The notes under the pieces: model-generated
What the model was told of the DNA's origin: nothing
The model's input: the letters and a program-made list of their open reading frames with translations, nothing else
Database searches by the model: none
Source of the DNA: Promethearchaeota archaeon
GTDB lineage: Archaea > Asgardarchaeota > Lokiarchaeia > Sigyniarchaeales > SOKP01
Length of the DNA: 64,000 nucleotides
Assembly: GCA_048939995.1 (NCBI GenBank)
Contig: JBHLOY010000002.1
Span: 384,001-448,000, forward strand
Direction of reading: 5' to 3'
In this document: positions 19,107 through 27,772 of the stretch, in pieces
Numbering within the stretch: the first letter of the stretch is position 1
How the letters are laid out: every line of letters begins with the position of its first letter
Made by a program: the position numbers and the translations under genes

Positions 19107-21179
19107 TTGAAAATGAATTTACAACCCAACGCAATTTATAATGATTATAGAGGGCAGAGTATTGATAAAGTTAAAATCATTGAGTTGTTAATCGACATAA
19201 TTGAAAATATCGATAACGATGACTTAAGAGGAGAATCTATTGAAATTTTAAACAAAATTGATATAAAACAAAATAGAGTATTTAAAATATTAGAAAATAT
19301 CTTAATTTCTGATTTAAATGAGAACTTAAGACATGCAGCAGCAAAAGTTATAATAAATAAATTTCGGAGTAAAGCATTAAAGCCTTTTTTATGGGCACTT
19401 CAACATGAATCTTGCTATAATTGCCTAATAACAGTTCTTAAATCACTCGAGCGCGTTAATGATATAAAAGTAAAAGCATTGCTTATCGATGAGATTGAGA
19501 AGATTGAATTAGAACAATTTAGAGCAAGTTTGTCAGAGTTATTTTTAAATAAATTGATCTACAACTATAAAACTAGTGATTTAGCAGATGTATTAATTAA
19601 TCATGCAACTATATTCTCCCTATTAAAAAAATTTAAAAAACTCAAATTTACAATAGAAAATGGTTTAATTATTAAGCTTGATTTCTCTAATATTGATGAT
19701 CTTGTCATTAATTGGCGTTATAGAGAATTAATTCAAGATGTCACTGATATTATTGGGATACAAAATTTAAAAAACTTGAAAGAGATTGAATTTTTCCCCC
19801 TAAATTGGGCGTTAAATAATGAGTTAACATATAATTGTAATATCGCTTTAATAGAAGCTTTAGAAAGACTTAACAACGATGTAGCTAAAATTAGCTTGAT
19901 TTCACATATAGAAAAAATTGACGATAAAAAATTCGTAAATTCAATTAATGAATTATTAGAATTATACGGTTCAATAAATAATATCTCAATTTCTAAACTT
20001 TCTGATATTTTAAGAAATTTTATTACTATTTCCTATATGAAGAAAAAAAATCCTCAATTAACATATGAAATAGATAAAGCTGAAGTTATAGATTTACATA
20101 TTGAGGGAAAGGCCATTGTTACATTACCAAGTTTTATTAAGAATTTAAGTTCGATTAAAAAACTAATTTTAAAAAATTGTAATATTTATAATCTCCCTGA
20201 AACAATTTACACTTTTAAAAATCTAGAAATTCTTAATTTAGAAGGAAATAATATCGAAATTTTACCTAAAAATATAGAACTTCTTAATTCTTTGAAGATA
20301 TTGAATCTAAACAAAAATAAATTGAGAAAGTTACCTTTTTCAATAGGAAGACTTTACAAGCTAGAGTCTTTAGAACTATCTGATAATGAAATTTCTAAAT
20401 TACCTAATTCAATAGGTTATATTTCCTCTTTAAAATACTTAGATTTAAAAGGTAATAAATTAGAAATACTTCCTGATTCCATTGGTTATATTGAGTCCTT
20501 AAAATGCTTAATTTTGAGCTCCAATAAGATAAAGATATTACCTGAGTCGATCGGTTTGCTGAGATCGCTCGAAACCCTTAACCTTGAGAAAAATTTGTTA
20601 ACAGGGCTCCCTACTACTATAAATTTATTTACCTCATTAAAATTTTTAAATTTAGAAGAGAATAAATTAAATAGTTTACCAGAGTCGTTTGGAACTCTTA
20701 AGTCACTAGAAATCTTAAGATTGGGATGGAACAAACTACAATCTTTACCTCAATCAATTTGTGAATTGGAATCAATTAGATATCTTTATATAATGAACAA
20801 TAAATTGAATAAACTTCCTAATTCAATGAACCTTCTTTCCTCACTCGAGAATTTAGATGTATCTTGGAATATTTTATCACACTTACCTGAATCTATAGGC
20901 AAATTAAAATCTTTAAAAATCTTAAAACTAAATAACAATCGATTAATAAAACTTCCAGAGACAATAGGATTTCTTCAATCATTAAAAATTTTAAACTTAG
21001 ATGAAAATAAGTTGAAAGAGATCCCAAAATCAATATCTTCCCTAACTTCTCTTGAAGAGTTATGGTTAAGTAGTAATGAATTAGAAAGTATTCCTGAACC
21101 CATTACAAATCTTTCATTGAAAAAGTTACAATTAAACAATAATAAGTTAAAAATTGCCAAAAATCCTAATTCAAATTAA
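19107..21179 (+). CDS. HEAT-repeat plus leucine-rich-repeat protein
   Basis: N-terminal HEAT-like repeats (LRHAAAKVI); more than 12 tandem 23-aa LxxLxLxxNxLxxLPxxI repeats. Confidence 0.92.
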   Translation: MKMNLQPNAIYNDYRGQSIDKVKIIELLIDIIENIDNDDLRGESIEILNKIDIKQNRVFKILENILISDLNENLRHAAAKVIINKFRSKALKPFLWALQHESCYNCLITVLKSLERVNDIKVKALLIDEIEKIELEQFRASLSELFLNKLIYNYKTSDLADVLINHATIFSLLKKFKKLKFTIENGLIIKLDFSNIDDLVINWRYRELIQDVTDIIGIQNLKNLKEIEFFPLNWALNNELTYNCNIALIEALERLNNDVAKISLISHIEKIDDKKFVNSINELLELYGSINNISISKLSDILRNFITISYMKKKNPQLTYEIDKAEVIDLHIEGKAIVTLPSFIKNLSSIKKLILKNCNIYNLPETIYTFKNLEILNLEGNNIEILPKNIELLNSLKILNLNKNKLRKLPFSIGRLYKLESLELSDNEISKLPNSIGYISSLKYLDLKGNKLEILPDSIGYIESLKCLILSSNKIKILPESIGLLRSLETLNLEKNLLTGLPTTINLFTSLKFLNLEENKLNSLPESFGTLKSLEILRLGWNKLQSLPQSICELESIRYLYIMNNKLNKLPNSMNLLSSLENLDVSWNILSHLPESIGKLKSLKILKLNNNRLIKLPETIGFLQSLKILNLDENKLKEIPKSISSLTSLEELWLSSNELESIPEPITNLSLKKLQLNNNKLKIAKNPNSN

Positions 21180-21366
21180 AAGATTTTACTTTTATTGATA
21201 AAAAAAAATCGATTTATGTTAATCTACTTCTTTTTTAGTTATAGGCTTTAAATATCTAAGAAAATTTTAATAAAAAGTTTAAAATATAAACTTTTTTATA
21301 TCTCTTTTCTCTATATTATTATGGAATCGGACTAAAAAATGTTAAAATAATAAAGGGGAATTGTAA

Positions 21367-21756
21367 GTGTATATTTTGAATAAATTTTATAATGGATTAG
21401 ATGAAAAAATTATTTATGGAACTAAATGCACAAAATGTGCAAAGGTATACTTCCCCCCTAAGGTTTGGTGCCAAAGCTGTTTAGAAAAATCAGTTCAAAT
21501 GATAGAACTGCCTCAGACTGGCATTTTAAAAAATCATCTTAATCGCATTGATTCTAATCATTCTAAGAAAAAAAGAAATGAATTAACAAAGATTTATGGA
21601 TTAGTCCAAATTGATAAGACTGACACTCCATTGATTATGCCACTACTTAATGTTGAACCAGATAATATAAAAGACGGTATGAAAGTCAAAGTAGTATGGG
21701 AAGAAGGTAAAATAAGCGATTCGCAAAAAATTGTAGGTTTTGAACCTGTTATTTAA
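21367..21756 (+). CDS. Zn-ribbon/OB-fold (DUF35/ChsH2-like) protein
   Basis: GTKCTKC..VYFPP...CQSC and GMKVKVVW. Confidence 0.82.
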   Translation: MYILNKFYNGLDEKIIYGTKCTKCAKVYFPPKVWCQSCLEKSVQMIELPQTGILKNHLNRIDSNHSKKKRNELTKIYGLVQIDKTDTPLIMPLLNVEPDNIKDGMKVKVVWEEGKISDSQKIVGFEPVI

Positions 21757-21789
21757 ACTTCCCAAAAAAATTTATTTATTCTAATTTTT

Positions 21790-23154
21790 TTAATAGAATT
21801 CACAATCATTAAGAAGTTGTGAAATATCCATAACTTTTATCGGTGAGTTGTCCTCGTTTGCGACTTCAAATAAATTATTTTTACAAAAAACGCATGAACT
21901 AACAAGAACTTCAGCATTTGTTTCCATTGCTTCTTTTAAACGATCTTCCCTTATTCTTATCATACAAGCGCGAGTTTCTGCTAACCTGTCTCTTCCTATT
22001 TCACCTGCTATCTCACCATATAAAGCTTTTACTCCACCTCCAGCTCCACAACACCAGGACATATCTCTGTTATGTTTCATCTCAAATAATTTTACACCTT
22101 CAATCATATTTAGAAGTTCTCTTGGTTCTTCATAAACTCCACAATATCTACCCAGATGACATGGATCGTGATATGTTATAAGTAGAGGATCTTCTTTTGT
22201 GCGCTGTGTATATCGGATTTTTAAATTCCTTTCTTTGACAGTCTTTAATACGAATTGTGTTAAATGATAAAGATCAAATTCAAGCTTATGTCCCGCATAC
22301 TTAGTATATTCCAGAGTAAATGTGGAGAAACATCCTGAACAAGAAAATACTAATTCAGATACACCACTTTCCAAAATTGTTTTGTAATTATGTTTTACAA
22401 GCTCAATAGCTTCATCTTCCAACCCAGTTCGGAATAATACTGATCCACAACACCGTTCCTCGGGAAATAATACAAATTCAATTCCAAGTTTTGCTAAAAC
22501 CTTGCTTGTTGCAGTTACTAACTCTTTATTTCTATAGGAAGAAGTACATCCAACAAAATACCCTACTTTACCAGGTATACGTTTAGGAACTTTTAATTCA
22601 ACTTCCGCTTTTATTGAATCTAAATCCTGTTTTGCTCGTTGATATGCCTCTCTTCCTTCTTCAACAGCCTCACACCAATTAAATCTGTCCAAATGTTTTT
22701 CTAAAAATGGATTGTTATTCTCAATAATAGAATTTTTTAACACTTTTAATTTTGCAGGGACAGCTCCTTTTTTTACTACTTCTTTACGGAAGTTTTGGAA
22801 CACTTCTAAAGTATCTATTCCGACGGGGCAAACAACTTTACAGTTACCACAAAGCATACAACGAAATACAGATGGGATTATCTCTTCATTATCGAATTTA
22901 ATATCATGACTATCAAGTGCTTTAATAATCCTATTTCGCCCACCAGCATAATCAGTTTCTGACCATGAAGTGTTATAAACCTTACAAACATGTCTACAGT
23001 ATCCACAATGCGTACAGCGCTCATAGGAGTACTTTTCCTTTCTTTTACTTTTAGGTTCTATTAAATTTTCTTTTGAGGGGGATACTAAACCTGCAACTGG
23101 GGGTCCTGTGGTAACTACATTTCTTATATCTTTCTTTTCTTTGCCTTCACTCAT
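21790..23154 (-). CDS. Fe-S oxidoreductase, HdrD/GlcF-like (2x[4Fe-4S] plus two CCG domains)
   Basis: CTHCGYCRHVC, CMLCGNCKVVCP, YFVGC, CCGS, YHDPCHLGR, CCGAGGG. Confidence 0.9.
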   Translation of the reverse strand: MSEGKEKKDIRNVVTTGPPVAGLVSPSKENLIEPKSKRKEKYSYERCTHCGYCRHVCKVYNTSWSETDYAGGRNRIIKALDSHDIKFDNEEIIPSVFRCMLCGNCKVVCPVGIDTLEVFQNFRKEVVKKGAVPAKLKVLKNSIIENNNPFLEKHLDRFNWCEAVEEGREAYQRAKQDLDSIKAEVELKVPKRIPGKVGYFVGCTSSYRNKELVTATSKVLAKLGIEFVLFPEERCCGSVLFRTGLEDEAIELVKHNYKTILESGVSELVFSCSGCFSTFTLEYTKYAGHKLEFDLYHLTQFVLKTVKERNLKIRYTQRTKEDPLLITYHDPCHLGRYCGVYEEPRELLNMIEGVKLFEMKHNRDMSWCCGAGGGVKALYGEIAGEIGRDRLAETRACMIRIREDRLKEAMETNAEVLVSSCVFCKNNLFEVANEDNSPIKVMDISQLLNDCEFY

Positions 23155-23289
23155 TTAACTCTTTCTCCTTGTTTTAAACTATACCAAATTAAACATATAA
23201 ACATTTTAAATTAAATTTAATTGTTATATTTTATTTGATTTGATTTTTTATGAACAACATTTTTACTAACTGCTTTTCAAACATTTCTT

Positions 23290-24789
23290 CTAAAAAATTC
23301 TATATAAGAATTTAGCAGTATTAAATAATAATGATATTCTCCAGAATTTTAATCTAGTTTTAACTATCCGATATGAATTAAACAAATCTTTTGGATCTAA
23401 TAACTTTTTTAATATTTTACTCTTGGATACTAATTCAGGTCTATATTTAAACAAATAAAAAGTATTCACTATACCTATGGTATAAAGCCTATCCCCCTGA
23501 GTAAATGCTAGAACAGAAAGATCATGTAAGAATGCCTTTACTGTAAAGAATTCACTAGTTCTAGCAATATCAGATAAACCAAATACTTTTACTCTACTCC
23601 AACCTAAAATTCCCGAAATTGTATATAAGGCAGTTGGAAATTTATATTTCTTACTTTTCTTTAAATATTTTTGAATAAAATCTTCTAATCTTTTGTCAGC
23701 AATCCAATATTCTTGAAATATTAGATTTCTACTTGATCTTCCTATAGCCACTTCAGCATCACTAATATCACGCCACTTTTCCTTTAAATATAATTTATCT
23801 ACTGCTATTCCATTTAATTCTAAAGCATGTTTCTCAGAAAATGATACACTTTGTGATGTTACCTCAGGATCATCATAATAAACTGCCCAAACTAACCATT
23901 CTTGGTCAGGAAAATTGATATGGGAATAGGTTTCAAATTTGCGTTCTGAAATTGATATGAAAAATGGCTTATTAGTATTATTTTTGAGTTTTTGATAAAA
24001 TTCGATAGCTTCACGAATAGATTTAAAGCCATAACCAATTATTTCCAAGGAAGTTTTTAAGGTTGTAAGAGATAATTCAACCTCGGCTATAGCACCGTAG
24101 ATCCCATAAGTTCCACAAATATCATCGAGTGTTATTTGTCCTTTAGAATCCTTCGAAACAGTGATGATTTTTCCATCAGGTTGGACTAGTTTTAAATTAA
24201 GAATTGAATCTTTCATTGATCCGTATTTTAACACACCAATACCGGCAGTACCGGGGGTAGCTATAAACCCTCCAACACAAGATGTTTTAAAGCTTGTAGG
24301 ATAACATTTAGGTGCAAGACCGTAATCTGAAAGTTTTTCTATCAAATTTAACCAAGAGATACCAGCCCCTACTTTTACTGTCATATTTTCTCTATCTATA
24401 CTTTGGATCTGATTTAATCTCCTTGTGTCTATTATAACACCACCTTTCGAGGGAGTAGCTGAAGAAAAGCATGATGTCCCAGCCGCTCTTATTGTAACAG
24501 GAATTTTTCGCTCTCTACATTTCATTATTAGTTTAGAAAGATTATTAATATCAGCAGGACGGACAATTAGACTCGCAAGGTAATTCTTTTTGAATTTATA
24601 ATGGTATGATGGAAGTGAAGTAAGATCAGCAGATGCTGATTCGAGTTCATAAGGATTGGAACTAACATGATAAGACGATATAAAGTCTTTTACAACCTCT
24701 TCAAAATCACGTTTATCTTTTTCTCGTGAATCTATTATATTGGATTCATTATTCATTTCTTTAGTATTAGAATTCATTTTAAATATCAC
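23290..24789 (-). CDS. FAD-binding oxidoreductase (GlcD/D-lactate dehydrogenase-like)
   Basis: VRP, PVTIRAAGTS, VGAGISW, SCVGGFIAT, KYG, GTYGIYGAI, LDPKDLFN. Confidence 0.85.
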   Translation of the reverse strand: MIFKMNSNTKEMNNESNIIDSREKDKRDFEEVVKDFISSYHVSSNPYELESASADLTSLPSYHYKFKKNYLASLIVRPADINNLSKLIMKCRERKIPVTIRAAGTSCFSSATPSKGGVIIDTRRLNQIQSIDRENMTVKVGAGISWLNLIEKLSDYGLAPKCYPTSFKTSCVGGFIATPGTAGIGVLKYGSMKDSILNLKLVQPDGKIITVSKDSKGQITLDDICGTYGIYGAIAEVELSLTTLKTSLEIIGYGFKSIREAIEFYQKLKNNTNKPFFISISERKFETYSHINFPDQEWLVWAVYYDDPEVTSQSVSFSEKHALELNGIAVDKLYLKEKWRDISDAEVAIGRSSRNLIFQEYWIADKRLEDFIQKYLKKSKKYKFPTALYTISGILGWSRVKVFGLSDIARTSEFFTVKAFLHDLSVLAFTQGDRLYTIGIVNTFYLFKYRPELVSKSKILKKLLDPKDLFNSYRIVKTRLKFWRISLLFNTAKFLYRIF

Positions 24790-24798
24790 TTCTTTTTT

Positions 24799-25665
24799 TT
24801 AAAATAATGGAACCATTAAAAAGCCTGAAAAGAAAGCAGCCCACCAGCAAATTAAAGTAATGTAACCAGTTAATTTAGCATACTTTCGCTCTGCTGCAAT
24901 TCCAAAAAGCATACTGAAAAGTCCAGCAATTAATCCAACTCCCCCTAATATTATATGAGACCAATGGATTCCAAAGGAGAATGACGTCCAGATTGCAGGA
25001 TTAAAAATTACTAGGGAAATAACATTAATCAGGGTTAAAACCCATGAAGCACCGGCTAGAATACCGTGGATTTTCACAAATTTATTTTCATTTATCAGTA
25101 CCAGTACTGTTCCTAAAGATAATAATAATAAGGCTGATAATCCGATATACATTTCAAAATGATTAAATATTTCAATTGTCGGAGCTGGTGGGAGTATTCC
25201 ACCAATGCTAAAAGTGATCTCTATATAGTCGAAAGGAGGTGGGCTACCAGAAACTGAATTATCTCCAGCTAAGATAAGGATCACATAAGCTCCATCCTCT
25301 GAAGGAGCTGTAATATTGAAAGTGACTGTCATTGCATTTGGATTTGGATTTAAATCATCGCCAGAGTTATCTAATATTCTAGCGCTAGTAGGTGAGATAA
25401 TAAATTGATCATTCTGTTTTCCGTCTGAAGGTGCTTGAATAAACAAATCAGAACCAGTAGCAGTAATATTAAAAGAAATGTTATCTGAAGCGTTGATAGG
25501 ATTAAATGTGTTTATATTAGTTTCAATTGAATAACCTCCCGGTACTGTATGGCAATTTTCATGAGGTTGATCGATACTAGGGTAAGCATTTACATTAAGA
25601 AAAATTGAGATTAGGATAACACCAAAAAAGGCAGATATTATTACTATTGCTTTTTTATTCAACAT
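24799..25665 (-). CDS. Membrane protein: exported domain with HENCH motif plus four TM helices carrying His (cytochrome b-like)
   Basis: Signal peptide ending VNA|YPS; H35-E-N-C38-H39; TM histidines in KIHGILAG and IHWSHIILG. Confidence 0.7.
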   Translation of the reverse strand: MLNKKAIVIISAFFGVILISIFLNVNAYPSIDQPHENCHTVPGGYSIETNINTFNPINASDNISFNITATGSDLFIQAPSDGKQNDQFIISPTSARILDNSGDDLNPNPNAMTVTFNITAPSEDGAYVILILAGDNSVSGSPPPFDYIEITFSIGGILPPAPTIEIFNHFEMYIGLSALLLLSLGTVLVLINENKFVKIHGILAGASWVLTLINVISLVIFNPAIWTSFSFGIHWSHIILGGVGLIAGLFSMLFGIAAERKYAKLTGYITLICWWAAFFSGFLMVPLF

Positions 25666-25829
25666 TTTTAAAAGACTATAAGAGTTTTGATCAATAAATC
25701 ATGTACTAATATTAATAAAGCTTATTTCTAAAAATTATTAGTGAATTTAAAATTTTAATGTAAAAATCGCACCTAATCTCCTTATAGTTTTTAAAAATCT
25801 TTTTTAATTTTTGAATTTTAATTCTCTTA

Positions 25830-27533
25830 ATGATATTTAATAAGAATTCCTTGAGAACTGTTATTATTTATGATTTTGTAATTATTTTAGCTGTTGTTGT
25901 CATTATCCCAAATCTATTGAACTTTTTTGATCTAAATCTAAAAATTCAAGTACTATCTTACCTCGCCAACATTCTAATTTTATTAAATATTATCATAGTA
26001 GTTATAGATTTAATCTTCTTGATGTGGAAGAGAGAAAATTATTTGTATCTAACATCATTCAATATGACTCTATCAGTTTCAATTTTTTTGCTGTTAGAGT
26101 ACTGTTTTGTGAATGGTTATTACGATTTTTTTTATGTATGGAGTTATAGTGAATTGACTTTACCACTTGTTTATAAGATTGTTGCTATATGGGCAGGAGA
26201 GGCTGGTTCAATAATGACTTGGATGGTATTTAACTCAGTAATTATTTTTGCCTATAGAATTAAAAACCAAGATAAAGAGGATACAGTTTTTCTATTATCA
26301 TGTATAGTTTCCATGATAATTTCTATTTTGTTTTTAATAATTTTATTCTCACTTAACCCTTTTAAAGTAGAGCAGCCAGTTTTGTATCCCAATGGTTTTG
26401 GACTCAGCCCTCAATTGATGTCCCCTTTTATGATTTGGCATCCTTTTTTTACATTTTTAGCATATGCCATCTTTCTAATTCCATTCACTATTAATATTAT
26501 AAATCTTATAAAACCAAAATTGTCTTTAAGAAATCCTTATCAGCAAGCATTTTATAATTTTTCATTAAAATTTGGATGGTTAGTTATTACCCTAAGTATA
26601 GGTTTAGGAGCTTATTGGGCAAAAATTACTTCCGCTTGGGGCAGATATTGGGGCTGGGACCCAGTAGAGGTTGTATCTCTTATTCCCTGGTTTTTTTGTA
26701 CTGCTTTTTTTCATTCCAGTATATTTAAAGTGAAAAATCCTAGGATTATTAAAATAAATTCCATCTTAATCTTTTTTTCAATAATATTTGCCACCTTAAT
26801 AACTAGGGGAGGAGTATTGAGTTCGCTTCACGCATTTACAGGAGGAGGAGAATTGGTTATATGGGTTTTAATTATTGGTTTTATTTTATTAGCTTTTGCG
26901 ATATATGTAATTTACGAAATTTTAAATTACTTCTTGGAAGACTATCATAAAATTAAGAGCTTTTTTGATTATTTAAGCTATCTGATTTTATTTTGCTTAT
27001 CTTTTGTTTGCATTTTTGGACTGATAATTCCTCCTCTAACTAATTTCATATCAAATTTTATCGCAATTGATTCAATAATCATTGGTCCAAACTTCTTTAT
27101 GATTAGCGCATTCATATTAGCTATAATATTGGCAATTTCGCTCATTTTTTGTTCCTTGTGGGATATCTATAACAAAAGGTGGATCATAATCACTTTATTC
27201 ATTGTATTTTTGATACAGTTGATTATTTCATTATTTTTATTTTTTCTATTTGATCTTTGGATAAATCCATTTATTGCCATCTTTTATTATGCTCTTTTTG
27301 CTTCAACCTTTCGATTAATAAAGAGAACGAATCTTCAAATGGGGTTCCAAAAGTTCTTTAGAACAAATTCAAAAACGATTATACATGGAGGAATATCACT
27401 TATTTTGATAGGGACTTTAATTGATGCCAGTTACGAAGTAATTTTAGATATTTTTTACATTTCTGGATTTGGTTTTTTACTAATTGGGATAATACCCTCT
27501 ATTTTTATGGTTTTTTTTATTAAAGCACATTGA
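25830..27533 (+). CDS. ccmF: Cytochrome c heme lyase CcmF (short form)
   Basis: WAGEAGS, GLSPQL..PFMIWHP, WGRYWGWDPVE (WWD domain), FFHS, TRGG...LHAF, IIHGG. Confidence 0.88.
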   Translation: MIFNKNSLRTVIIYDFVIILAVVVIIPNLLNFFDLNLKIQVLSYLANILILLNIIIVVIDLIFLMWKRENYLYLTSFNMTLSVSIFLLLEYCFVNGYYDFFYVWSYSELTLPLVYKIVAIWAGEAGSIMTWMVFNSVIIFAYRIKNQDKEDTVFLLSCIVSMIISILFLIILFSLNPFKVEQPVLYPNGFGLSPQLMSPFMIWHPFFTFLAYAIFLIPFTINIINLIKPKLSLRNPYQQAFYNFSLKFGWLVITLSIGLGAYWAKITSAWGRYWGWDPVEVVSLIPWFFCTAFFHSSIFKVKNPRIIKINSILIFFSIIFATLITRGGVLSSLHAFTGGGELVIWVLIIGFILLAFAIYVIYEILNYFLEDYHKIKSFFDYLSYLILFCLSFVCIFGLIIPPLTNFISNFIAIDSIIIGPNFFMISAFILAIILAISLIFCSLWDIYNKRWIIITLFIVFLIQLIISLFLFFLFDLWINPFIAIFYYALFASTFRLIKRTNLQMGFQKFFRTNSKTIIHGGISLILIGTLIDASYEVILDIFYISGFGFLLIGIIPSIFMVFFIKAH

Positions 27534-27578
27534 CTGAAAAAAACAGCTTAATTTCCGCCAGAATTTCTCAATATTTCG

Positions 27579-27648
27579 ATTTTTAAATTAAACTTTTTTG
27601 GGGAAATTGTTTCAGCTTGAAACTAAAAGCAAATTGATTGTTTAAATT
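27579..27648 (+). promoter_or_regulatory. Three-box element (starts 27579, 27609, 27640)
   Basis: ATTTTTAAATTAAAC, GTTTCAGCTTGAAAC, GTTTAAATT spaced 30/31 bp. Confidence 0.55.
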
Positions 27649-27772
27649 ACTCAGATTAGAAAAAAGTTAAAAATTGTTAAACTTATTATAAAATTAATTA
27701 TCAAACTTTGTTAAAATCTAATTTAAAGTTTAAAAATTAGACGTAATAATAACAACTTAAATGTGAATTTTA

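Noticed and set aside
20150-21150. 69-bp periodicity as a CRISPR array or DNA repeat
   Set aside because: Degenerate coding repeats of the LRR protein; there are no identical repeats with unique spacers.
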